Shown one piece after another: positions 54,127 to 64,000 of a stretch of 64,000 bases of DNA. The notes under the pieces are model-generated. The model saw nothing but the letters and a program-made list of their open reading frames with translations, was not told where the DNA came from and did not search any database. The stretch is from Rebecca billardiae RCC1528. Lineage: Eukaryota; Protista; Haptophyta. The position numbers were made by a program, and so were the translations under genes. The stretch is taken from the NCBI GenBank assembly GCA_965240325.2, contig OZ251235.1:868001-932000 (forward strand). Direction: 5' to 3'. Positions within the stretch are counted from its first letter, which is position 1. Each line of letters starts with the position of its first letter.

Positions 54127-57100
54127 ATGGACACGCTGCGCGCAGGGAAGGCGCCTTCTGACGCCCGCTTTGATGACGCGGGCCTGCCGACCAAGTCGCT
54201 AACCAGTCTGTCTCGCGCCGAGCGCAGCGATGGCATGCGCTCCCGTGCGGACACGCACGGCCGTGACGATTTTGCGGCGTTGCTCGCGGCACGCATGCCG
54301 AGCTCCCCGATCGCCAAGGCCGCGGATGTCCCGTTCGGGGATCTGGCCGAGGGCCCGCTGCTGCGCGTGCATGGCCGCGCGGAAGAGCTCGGCGCATCGG
54401 CCGCAGCCTCCGCGCTCCTCGCCAAGGCCAAGGACGCGCTCGACGGCGCGTCGTCGCTCTCGCAGAGCACGATCGTGGAGGCATGCGACGCCGAGCTCGA
54501 GGCCGCACCGCATGCCGTCCAGCTGAAGGAGCCCAACAAGTCGCGCACGGCGTCCATCCTCGTGCGCCGCCTCTTGGCGGTGCTCGCAGACGTGCCTGCG
54601 AGCTGCGAGCCGGCGGAGGCGCTGTCGTCCAACCCATGCACCGACTTTGTGCTGCTCAAGTACGACGAGATCATCGCCTCGTCAAACTCGTGCACCGCTT
54701 TCGTCATGCTGCAGGACGGCGCCGTGGTCGCGTCGTCCAACCCCTGCGCTGCGTTTGTCGTCTGCATCGGCGGCCTCCTCACGTCGAGCAACCCGTGCTC
54801 GGCGTTCACCGTTGGCTGCCCGCTCGCGGTCTCGGAGTCTAAGTCCAAGCCAGACGCCGACCCGACGCCCGCCGGGCTGCGCATCACGTTCGCGCCCAAG
54901 GCGCCCGCTGCGTGCGCCGAGCACGAGCTGCCATACGAGCCCGAGGTGCGCTTCCGCGCATTGAACAAGCAGCTCAAGCAGCCGCGCGGCGCCAAGTCGC
55001 TCGAGCACGAGCTCAACCTGCGCCAGTCGTGCCCGACGCTCGGCAACCTCTCGCCCCGCGTCGACCGCCCGAGCTCGCACGAGATCACCTACGACCCGCT
55101 CGCGCGCTTCACCATCCTCGGCAAGCAGCTCAAGCAGCCGCGCGGCGCCAAGTCGCTCGAGCACGAGCTCAACCTGCGCCAGTCGTGCCCGACGCTCGGC
55201 AACCTCTCGCCGCGCGTCGACCGCCCGAGCTCGCACGAGATCACCTACGACCCGGTCGCGCGCTTCGCCGTCCTCGGCAAGCAGCTCGAGCAGCCGCGCG
55301 GCGCCAAGTCGCTCGAGCACGAGCTCAACCTGCGCCAGTCGTGCCCGACGCTCGGCAACCTCTCGCCGCGCGTCGACCGCCCGAGCTCGCACGAGATCAC
55401 GTACGACCCGGTCGCGCGCTTCGCCGTCCTCGGCAAGCAGCTCGAGCAGCCGCGCGGCGCCAAGTCGCTCGAGCACGAGCTCAACCTGCGCCAGTCGTGC
55501 CCGACGCTCGGCAACCTCTCGCCGCGCGTCGACCGCCCGAGCTCGCACGAGATCACCTACGACCCGGTCGCGCGCTTCGCCGTCCTCGGCAAGCAGCTCA
55601 AGCAGCCGCGCGGCGCCAAGTCGCTCGAGCACGAGCTCAACCTGCGCCAGTCGTGCCCGACGCTCGGCAACCTCTCGCCGCGCGTCGACCGCCCGAGCTC
55701 GCACGAGATCACCTACGACCCGGTCGCGCGCTTCGCCGTCCTCGGCAAGCAGCTCAAGCAGCCGCGCGGCGCCAAGTCGCTCGAGCACGAGCTCAACCTG
55801 CGCCAGTCGTGCCCGACGCTCGGCAACCTCTCGCCGCGCGTCGACCGCCCGAGCTCGCACGAGATCACCTACGACCCGCTCGCGCGCTTCGCCGTCCTCG
55901 GCAAGCAGCTCAAGCAGCCGCGCGGCGCCAAGTCGCTCGAGCACGAGCTCAACCTGCGCCAGTCGTGCCCGACGCTCGGCAACCTCTCGCCGCGCGTCGA
56001 CCGCCCGAGCTCGCACGAGATCACGTACGACCCGGTCGCGCGCTTCGCCGTCCTCGGCAAGCAGCTCAAGCAGCCGCGCGGCGCCAAGTCGCTCGAGCAC
56101 GAGCTCAACCTGCGCCAGTCGTGCCCGACGCTCGGCAACCTCTCGCCCCGCGTCGACCGCCCGAGCTCGCACGAGATCACCTACGACCCGCTCGCGCGCT
56201 TCGCCGTCCTCGGCAAGCAGCTCAAGCAGCCGCGCGGCGCCAAGTCGCTCGAGCACGAGCTCAACTCGCGCCAGTCGTGCCCGACGCTCGGCAACCTCTC
56301 GCCCCGCGTCGACCGCCCGAGCTCGCACGAGATCACCTACGACCCGGTCGCGCGCTTCACCGTCCTCGGCAAGCAGCTCGAGCAGCCGCGCGGCGCCAAG
56401 TCGCTCGAGCACGAGCTCAACCTGCGCCAGTCGTGCCCGACGCTCGGCAACCTCTCGCCGCGCGTCGACCGCCCGAGCTCGCACGAGATCACCTACGACC
56501 CGGTCGCGCGCTTCGCCGTCCTCGGCAAGCAGCTCAAGCAGCCGCGCGGCGCCAAGTCGCTCGAGCACGAGCTCAACCTGCGCCAGTCGTGCCCGACGCT
56601 CGGCAACCTCTCGCCCCGCGTCGACCGCCCGAGCTCGCACGAGATCACCTACGACCCGCTCGCGCGCTTCGCCGTCCTCGGCAAGCAGCTCAAGCAGCCG
56701 CGCGGCGCCAAGTCGCTCGAGCACGAGCTCAACCTGCGCCAGTCGTGCCCGACGCTCGGCAACCTCTCGCCGCGCGTCGACCGCCCGAGCTCGCACGAGA
56801 TCACCTACGACCCGGTCGCGCGCTTCGCCGTCCTCGGCAAGCAGCTCAAGCAGCCGCGCGGCGCCAAGTCGCTCGAGCACGAGCTCAACCTGCGCCAGTC
56901 GTGCCCGACGCTCGGCAACCTCTCGCCGCGCGTCGACCGCCCGAGCTCGCACGAGATCACCTACGACCCGGTCGCGCGCTTCACCGTCCTCGGCAAGCAG
57001 CTCGAGCAGCCGCGCGGCGCCAAGTCGCTCGAGCACGAGCTCAACTCGCGCCAGTCGTGCCCGACGCTCGGCAACCTCTCGCCCCGCGTCGACCGCCCGA

Positions 57101-58378
57101 GCTCGCACGAGATCACCTACGACCCGGTCGCGCGCTTCACCGTCCTCGGCAAGCAGCTCGAGCAGCCGCGCGGCGCCAAGTCGCTCGAGCACGAGCTCAA
57201 CCTGCGCCAGTCGTGCCCGACGCTCGGCAACCTCTCGCCGCGCGTCGACCGCCCGAGCTCGCACGAGATCACCTACGACCCGGTCGCGCGCTTCACCATC
57301 CTCGGCAAGCAGCTCGAGCAGCCGCGCGGCGCCAAGTCGCTCGAGCACGAGCTCAACCTGCGCCAGTCGTGCCCGACGCTCGGCAACCTCTCGCCGCGCG
57401 TCGACCGCCCGAGCTCGCACGAGATCACGTACGACCCGCTCGCGCGCTTCACCGTCCTCGGCAAGCAGCTCAAGCAGCCGCGCGGCGCCAAGTCGCTCGA
57501 GCACGAGCTCAACCTGCGCCAGTCGTGCCCGACGCTCGGCAACCTCTCGCCGCGCGTCGACCGCCCGAGCTCGCACGAGATCACGTACGACCCGGTCGCC
57601 CGCTTCATGGCGCTGGCCAAGCTGCTGGCCAAGCCGCATCGCGGCGAGAAGCGTGTCGAGCACCTGCGGAACCTGCGTGCCTCGTGCCCGACTCGGCAGT
57701 CGTCCGGCCGGCCGAGTGACCTCTTCGTGCAGACAGAGGACGACTTTGTCCTGCAGCACGTGAGTTGCCTCGCGTTGCTCGCCTGCGCGCACTCCGGCGC
57801 GGTGCCGATGGCCCTATCGCCCACGGCTGTCCTGACGCCCGTACCCGTCCCCCGCTGCGCGCGCACAGGCACTCGCCGCTGCCTCCTCGGTGACCTCGTC
57901 CGGGATGTCGTGGCGGTCGCAGACGTCTTGCACGACCACCACCTCTGCGGCGCGGCGTGTCAGCTTCGACGAGGGCAACTTGAGCCAGATCGCGGGCATG
58001 CTCGCCGAGCGTCCGTCGCCGATCAAGGCGCCCGAGTCACACCGGCCCGCCCGCCGCCAGCGCACGAGCGCCAAGAAGACGAAGTCGCCCAAGATCTCGG
58101 CTGCGCGCTCGCCGAAGCTCTCGCCCCGCCTCTCGCCAAAGGGCAAGTCGCCGCGTGCTTCGCCCAAGGCCTCGAAGTCCATCTCGCCGGGCCTGCGCCA
58201 TGCGACGGCCGCTCTGCTGCTCGACGCCCTCGAGCTCCCCACGGCTTACGTGAAGAACGTCAAGCGTGCCGAGCTCGAGATCATGAGCCGCCCCCAGGCC
58301 TCGTCGCGCTGCGCGCGGTACACGCTCGCTGCCAACCGCATGCCCCAGCTCTTCGTCCACCAGCGCCGCGTGCGCTGA
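54127..58378 (+). CDS. Uncharacterised protein with 17 near-identical 52-aa repeats; intron 57760-57868; a further 3' exon is possible
   Basis: Open frame with host-like codon bias. A GTGAGT..ACAG intron joins it to the SPK/SPR-rich ORF 57890-58378. Confidence 0.7.
54967..57695 (+). repeat. 156-bp tandem array, 17 full units + 1 degenerate
   Basis: AAGCAGCTC unit starts at 54967, 55123, ... 57463 (period 156), degenerate unit at 57619. Confidence 0.97.
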
Positions 58379-59127
58379 AGTTGACGAGCTGCATGCTGTC
58401 CCGAGCAATAGGACCACGCCCGGCTCTCTGTACAGGATGTGCTGTGCTGCGCATCGCCGATGAGTCGCATCGGCATTCGCACCTTCCGACGTGCTTACCA
58501 GCTGTCCATGTGATTCGCGTCGTCCCGTGGCGACCCCGCTCAAGATCACACACAATGCGCTCCGCGATCTCGGCGAAGGAGCACTGTCGCCAGGCGCTTC
58601 GACCCGCTGCGCGCATCGCGCGCGACGAGGACCTCGAGATCAACTCTCATCGCCCTCGCCGTCGTTCATGTTCTCCACCGCGCGCGCGTGCGCTGCCTGC
58701 CGCGCCGCCTGCAATGCTTGATTCACGATGATGACGATGCTGCTGCTCCCGCCGCTGTTCCCGTGCTCTGCTCGGCTGCAGCTGCGATAGATATCACAGA
58801 TGACTGAGACCGTGCATGATTCATACTGTATATATGCTGCGCGTGACAGCATCAGCATGATCCGCATCATGTCTCTTGATATCAGATATGACGACTGCAA
58901 TCGCGCTGATCATCGAGTGATCGTCAGATCGACGCCGATCGCCGCATCAAATATCGTCGTCTAGCTGCATGAGCTGATAATACGCGCCGATATATGAACT
59001 GGCGGTAGTCATCGTCGACGGCGTCGACGGCGTCACTGCGTGACTCGTGCAGACGACGTGCGCTGCCCGCAGGAGTGAGGAGAGTCTCGTCCCCAGACGT
59101 CCAGACTCTCACAGTCACTACTCATCA

Positions 59128-60930
59128 CTAGGAGTCCTCGACGTGCGGGCCACCCGCGCGGAAGCATGCCAGCCCCGTCGCATCATCGCCGTCGTCGGCG
59201 AAGAGCGCGCGCTTCTTCTTGAACGCGAGCGGCGTCGGGCGCCCACGCCGCCACCGGAGCTCCTGCTGGAACAGGCCGGGGTAGCTGAGCTGCGTGAACT
59301 CGTCCACGTCCACGCGCGTCACCTTGGCGGCCGCGCCGTGCATCGGGAGTGTGAACTGCTCAGCCAGCCGGGCCACGGCCGGCAGGTAGTGGCGCCGGAG
59401 GGCGTCCACCTCCCATAGCGAGCTCTCGAGCGCGCGGCACTTGGCCGGCTCCGGCTCGTCGGGCAGGAAGGGATCAGATGCGAGATGGGTCGCGAGCGCG
59501 TCGGCGTCCGCGTCGGCGCGCCTCGGCGGTGCTGCGGCCTCGGCTGCATGCTCTTCGGGCGAGCTGCCGGGGAGTGCGCTGCCGAGCGGAGGGGCGGCGC
59601 CGGTCCTGTGCACGAGCACGCTGAGCTCCGCGTGGCGGACGAGCAGGTTGAGCGCGAGGCCGAGCGCGAGCATGCACCCCGACGGCGACGCCCCGAGCGC
59701 CAGCCTCGCCAGCCGCTTGGCGAACGCAGCGCTGAGGTACGCGGGCAGGTGTGTCGACGAGATGAAGATCTCGAGCGTCAGGAAGAAGCGCGAGCGGTAC
59801 GCGCACTCGAGCGCCGCCGGGCGCAGCAGGGCGTACAGCTTGGGGAAGAACTGCGGGCACTCGAGGTTGTGGTGCTGCATCAGCTCGAACAGCGCGCTCA
59901 GCGCGTGCAGCGAGACGATCCCGCCCTGCTCGTACGCGCGCAGCACCCAGCCCGCCAGCCGGAGCGGCCGCGCCATGTGCGGGATGATGGCCGACTCGGC
60001 GCGCGTGAGCACGCGGCGCACGTCTGCGCGCGCGAGCGGCAGCTTGAGCACGGCGAGCCACGCGGCCTGGAATGCGAGCCGGTGCACTTTCAGCGCGAGC
60101 AGCCTGCGCGCGTCGCTCGGCAGCTCGGCCTCCGCCTCATCGGTGCGCTTGCGCTTGCGCGCCGCCGCGGCCGAGCCGCCGCCCTCCTCGCCCTCTGCCT
60201 CCGTGTCGGGCGCGGGCAGCGTGAGGAAGAGCGAGCGGTCCGCGTCGAGGTCGGCCGAGGGCGGGCGCACGACAATCAGCAGGTCGAGCACGCGCGCGCA
60301 CCTCGCGGGCGTGCACCTGTGCCTCCCCTCTAGCCGCGCCGCCAGCCGCTGGCAGTGCTGCAGGCCGTGGTAGCTCACGTCCACAAACTGACTCAGGTAC
60401 CCCTTCTTGAGGTGGGCGAGGAGGTGCGGCTCGCACTCGGCGCACTCGGCGAGGGCGTCGAACGCGACGGTGAGCGCGCCCTCGCCCTTCGCCAGCGTCG
60501 CCGTGCGCGCCTCGCCCGCGCGCGCGAGCCGCGTGCCCTCCAGCCGAGCCATCTGCAGCAGCGTGTCCAGCGCAGGCAGCCGCACGCCCGCGTCGTCGTG
60601 CTTGGCGACGAGCGTGCCGAGCGCGCTCAGCCACGCGGCGTACCGCGCGCGGAGCCAGCTCCGGTACACTTGCGCCGGCGAGGCATCAGTGCCCGCGCCT
60701 CCGCCAGCCGCGGCGGCGTCGGCTGCGCGCGAGGCAACCAGGTCACCCGAGTGCGCCCACTGCGTGAAGAGGCCGCGGCAGCCCTGCACCGCGGCTAGGG
60801 CGACTCGGCCGTCGTCGGCGCTGCAGAGATCGATCAGCTCCACGAGCTCGTTTGCGTTGCGCCGGCTCGCGCCCACACGCGCGGCGAGCTCGCGCACGCG
60901 CCCGACCGCGTCGTCGTTGGTCTCGGCCAT
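59128..60930 (-). CDS. NOC4: Nucleolar complex protein 4 (CBF/Mak21 domain)
   Basis: ALSALFELMQHHNLECPQFFPKLYALL, STHLPAYLSAAFAKRLARLAL, DPF..DEPEP..CRALESSLWE..L..HY. Confidence 0.92.
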   Translation of the reverse strand: MAETNDDAVGRVRELAARVGASRRNANELVELIDLCSADDGRVALAAVQGCRGLFTQWAHSGDLVASRAADAAAAGGGAGTDASPAQVYRSWLRARYAAWLSALGTLVAKHDDAGVRLPALDTLLQMARLEGTRLARAGEARTATLAKGEGALTVAFDALAECAECEPHLLAHLKKGYLSQFVDVSYHGLQHCQRLAARLEGRHRCTPARCARVLDLLIVVRPPSADLDADRSLFLTLPAPDTEAEGEEGGGSAAAARKRKRTDEAEAELPSDARRLLALKVHRLAFQAAWLAVLKLPLARADVRRVLTRAESAIIPHMARPLRLAGWVLRAYEQGGIVSLHALSALFELMQHHNLECPQFFPKLYALLRPAALECAYRSRFFLTLEIFISSTHLPAYLSAAFAKRLARLALGASPSGCMLALGLALNLLVRHAELSVLVHRTGAAPPLGSALPGSSPEEHAAEAAAPPRRADADADALATHLASDPFLPDEPEPAKCRALESSLWEVDALRRHYLPAVARLAEQFTLPMHGAAAKVTRVDVDEFTQLSYPGLFQQELRWRRGRPTPLAFKKKRALFADDGDDATGLACFRAGGPHVEDS

Positions 60931-61144
60931 GACGCCCGTGTCCGGTCGACGTGGCCCAGCGCTTCCGGCAGGCGCGCGCCCGGAGTTCCGCGGAAAACTT
61001 TAATATTTTGGAATTGACGAACTCACGAATAATTCGCGGGCGGCCGCCGAGAGATCGGCGATCTGGAGATCGGCGGGAATCGGTGCAATCAGCGGCCTGC
61101 AATTTACTTCAGGCGCGAGCACGTAATTCCCGACGGCAACCGGG

Positions 61145-62518
61145 ATGTCGCTGTCGCGCGCTGCCGTCCGCGCCGTCGCTCTAGGAGCGCTCGCGCTGGT
61201 GGTCTTGACAGACGGCGTCGATGGGCTGTCGGCAAGCCGCCGCCTCGACTCTCACCGCTCGCACGACGGCCGTCCTAACGTGCACCTCGAGCAGGCGAGC
61301 GAGGTCACGCGCCGGCCGAGTCTAGCGCGCGTCAGCGTGCTGCGCGGCGGAGCGAGCGCAGTCGCCAAGTCATCGACGGCGTCCCTCGTGCGGACGCTCA
61401 AGGTGGGCCTGATCTTCTTCCTGTGGTACGCCTTCAACATCTGGTACAGCCTCGTCGCGAAGATGGTCCTGCAGTTCTGGAAGTCGCCATGGCTGTTCAC
61501 CATCCTTCAGCTCGGTATCGGCTCCCTCTGGGTGGCGCTCCAATGGGTGCCACTGCCCACATTCGGCCTCGGCGGCACCCATGAGAAGACATTCACGCTG
61601 CGGCCCGTGCCCAAACTCTCGTTCGCCGAGCTGCGCGCGCTCCTGCCGATCGCCAGCTGCCTGGCCGCCGGCCACCTCGCCTCCACATTTGCGATGTTTT
61701 ACGGAACGGTCGCGTTTGCCAACGTCGTCAAGACCGCCGAGCCCATCTTCACGTGCATGTTCTCCGCGCTGCTCCTCGGCCAGTTCTTCTCGCTCCCCGT
61801 GTACCTCACGCTCCTCCCCATCATGGGTGGCGTCGTACGCGCGCGCACCCCGTCTGCCGAGCGTGCGCGCCGAGCGCCGGGCGCAGTGCGCTCGCGTGCA
61901 TCTCACCGTGCGCCCGCGCGCGCGCACCCCGCCCATCCTCGCTTCCGGCTCACCCAGGCCTACGCCTCCGCAAAGGAGCTGCAGTTCAGCTGGGTGAGCC
62001 TACTCACCGCCATGGCGTCCAACGTTGCCTTCGCCCTGCGCGCCATCCTCGCCAAGGTGTCGATGCGCGCCGCGGCGGACAACAACATGTCCCCCGCCAA
62101 CCTCTTTGCCGTCGTGAACACGCTCGCGTTTGCGGTGCTCCTGCCGGTCGCGCTGCTCGTCGAGGCGCGCGGCGCGGGCGCCGGCTGGTCGGAGGCGATT
62201 GCAAAGGGCACGACCGCTGGCGACCTGCTCAAGCTGATCATGATCACGGGCGTGACGTACTACCTGTACAACGAGCTTGCGTTCATGTGCCTGGGCGTGG
62301 TGCACCCGGTGACGCACGCGGTCGCAAACACCATCAAGCGCGTCGCCGTGATTGCCATCTCGATCATCTACTTCAAGAACCCAGTGACCAAGGAAGGCAT
62401 CATCGGCTCGGCGGTCGCCGTCGTTGGCGTGATGCTGTACTCGATCACGCTCAACAACGAGCAGGCGGCCAAGGTGGCGGCGCTGGAGGCAGCCAAGCAG
62501 GGCAAGAAGGGCAAGTGA
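61145..62518 (+). CDS. Plastid phosphate translocator (TPT family); in-frame intron 61835-61957
   Basis: Signal peptide; WYAFNI, VAFANVVKTAEPIF, AMASNVAFALR, YYLYNELAF, PVTHAVANTIKRV. Confidence 0.93.
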   Translation: MSLSRAAVRAVALGALALVVLTDGVDGLSASRRLDSHRSHDGRPNVHLEQASEVTRRPSLARVSVLRGGASAVAKSSTASLVRTLKVGLIFFLWYAFNIWYSLVAKMVLQFWKSPWLFTILQLGIGSLWVALQWVPLPTFGLGGTHEKTFTLRPVPKLSFAELRALLPIASCLAAGHLASTFAMFYGTVAFANVVKTAEPIFTCMFSALLLGQFFSLPVYLTLLPIMGGVVRARTPSAERARRAPGAVRSRASHRAPARAHPAHPRFRLTQAYASAKELQFSWVSLLTAMASNVAFALRAILAKVSMRAAADNNMSPANLFAVVNTLAFAVLLPVALLVEARGAGAGWSEAIAKGTTAGDLLKLIMITGVTYYLYNELAFMCLGVVHPVTHAVANTIKRVAVIAISIIYFKNPVTKEGIIGSAVAVVGVMLYSITLNNEQAAKVAALEAAKQGKKGK

Positions 62519-62693
62519 TGATTATAATGATGTCGAATATAAGACCGTTGCTGCTTCAGAAGTGTACTATGATACTACAGTATTATAAAGTGATGCTAAT
62601 ATCTCGTAGACGTAGTCGTCACATTGTTTATTACTATTACTAACGACAATTCGATCCTGGTTACGATCCGGTAATAAGTCATGGCTATACTAG

Positions 62694-63202
62694 TGGCTCT
62701 GGCTCCGGTTGATCCCTGCCAGTACGTCCGGTCATAGAAACCGGGCGTAGTAACTACCGAAAATATTTTTGAAAATGATCTTCGCATTCCTGCGGCCGAA
62801 TGAACGCCCGAAGTGTCCCACAGGGCCTCAAGTAGGGTTGCTATGGATGGCCAATAAGTGCCCAGGGTGTCAGTTTGTGACTACTACTTCAGACTCTATT
62901 TTCATAGCTATTTACCCAGTCCGGTGACACATTTCCAATAGCTACGGGTGCATCCGGATCGCTCCCGGACCATGTTCTGACCGGAGTCTGAAATGGGTAA
63001 ATACATAGTAAAAATAGAGTCTGAACTATAGAGGAAGTGCTTGTTGGCCCAATATCGCTCTGAAGTCATATCATCTAATTCTAGGCATCCATTCACCATT
63101 GAGATTTGAGGTCCTCCTGTGCTGTGTGCAGTTTTCACGAGTGACTTCATGAAGGAGCTCACAGTGCCCGTCTCTGGCAGGGGTCAACCGAAGCCAGAGC
63201 CA
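62694..63202. mobile_element. Second, shorter copy of the ~30-bp-TIR family (opposite orientation to 9893-11194)
   Basis: TGGCTCTGGCTCCGGTTGATCCCTGCCAG ... CTGGCAGGGGTCAACCGAAGCCAGAGCCA. Shares subterminal CCGGTCATAGAAACCGGGCGTA with the first copy. Confidence 0.8.
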
Positions 63203-63382
63203 AGTAGTAGTCCGGAGTCCCGGACGGCTGGCGCCGTCGGCGTCGCGGTACGACCCGCCGGGAATCGTTCATTCGTTGACTAAATGACGGCGCCACACGG
63301 CGATTACATCACTCATCAGTATATATACACCAGTGTAGCTAGAGAGTTAGACTAGACACGTCGCGTTATTAATATTAAACTA

Positions 63383-63442
63383 TAGAGAGAGAGAGAGAGC
63401 CTAGAGAGTAGAGAGAGTCGAGAGAGAGACGGATGAGAGAGA
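63383..63442. repeat. Imperfect (AG)n microsatellite in an AT-rich tract
   Basis: Seen directly. Confidence 0.8.
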
Positions 63443-64000
63443 TCGACACCGTGTCACTCACATTAAATATTATGCTCCTACTAACAATTTATACTAATTA
63501 TACAAGGCGGTAGCTAGTTAAGACTCCGGTTAATTCAGTTTGAGTTACAATATATATATTTCAAAATAAAATTTTCATATATGTAAAATGGCTAACGATT
63601 CCACTAGTGTCATCTCGTCGAAAGTAGTAACGATCTAGCACTATGATAAGTACGTGGCGCAGCCGGGCAGACGGGCGCGGCATCCTGCGTGGCACCGGCC
63701 CGCAGTCGGCGTTCAGCGGATCTCACCGCTGGTCCGCACCCGCATCCGATGATCGATGACACTTGACATCTGCGCGTCAGGCGCAGCCAGCCTGCGTGCT
63801 GCCGCTCGTCGCCGGGAAAATCGGCAGAGCGCATGGGCCGCGAGGCGATGCTCGCTCCCACGGGCGCTCGATTGTGCGGTACAAGTCCGATCCGTGAGCG
63901 CGTGGTCAGCACGCGCTGGGAGCCGGGGCTGTTTGTTGCCGGCGCGTTCCCAAACGAGCAGCAATCGCGGCCAGCCGCCGCCACGTGGCTCAGGCCTCGA

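Noticed and set aside
54967-57695. CRISPR array
   Set aside because: Contiguous 156-bp units with no unique spacers, in frame within an ORF, and no cas genes.
54682-57792. 1036-aa antisense and 935-aa alternative-frame ORFs over the array
   Set aside because: By-products of a stop-free GC-rich unit repeated in register.
63600-63670. Weak resemblance to a family B 3' end
   Set aside because: No intact hairpin or 25-nt spacing.

Overview
Very GC-rich eukaryotic nuclear DNA with short spliceosomal GT..AG introns (donors mostly GTGCGC). The gene content (signal-peptide-bearing plastid proteins, AP2 factor, four-domain channel) suggests an alga with a complex plastid, probably a haptophyte (inference). 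Host genes: an SDR, a HET/TIR-like+LRR protein, an intron-containing ParA-like ATPase, F-box-RCC1, a PDE12-like EEP nuclease, an AP2 protein, an HCF107/Mbb1-like HAT protein, an EEEE voltage-gated channel with Kelch/IQ tail, LRRC61, a TPR-SH3 protein, a 17x52-aa repeat protein, NOC4 and a plastid phosphate translocator. About 7.9-33 kb is a nested transposon island. Its most notable structure is a set of non-autonomous elements in 2 well-supported families plus a possible third. All share one end geometry: AT|GG terminus, an asymmetric inverted repeat ending 42 nt inside the other end, a terminal 17-nt hairpin, then AT. They resemble Helentron/Helitron2 rolling-circle elements but are AT-flanked and carry gene-like cargo. 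One hosts an intact, recent Ty1/copia element whose polyprotein has an N-terminal MYND-type finger, lacks the integrase HHCC motif and has no TGG primer-binding site. TIR elements (hAT, a CACAGTG-ended CMC-like element, a ~30-bp-TIR family) are also present. All calls are by eye, without database searches.
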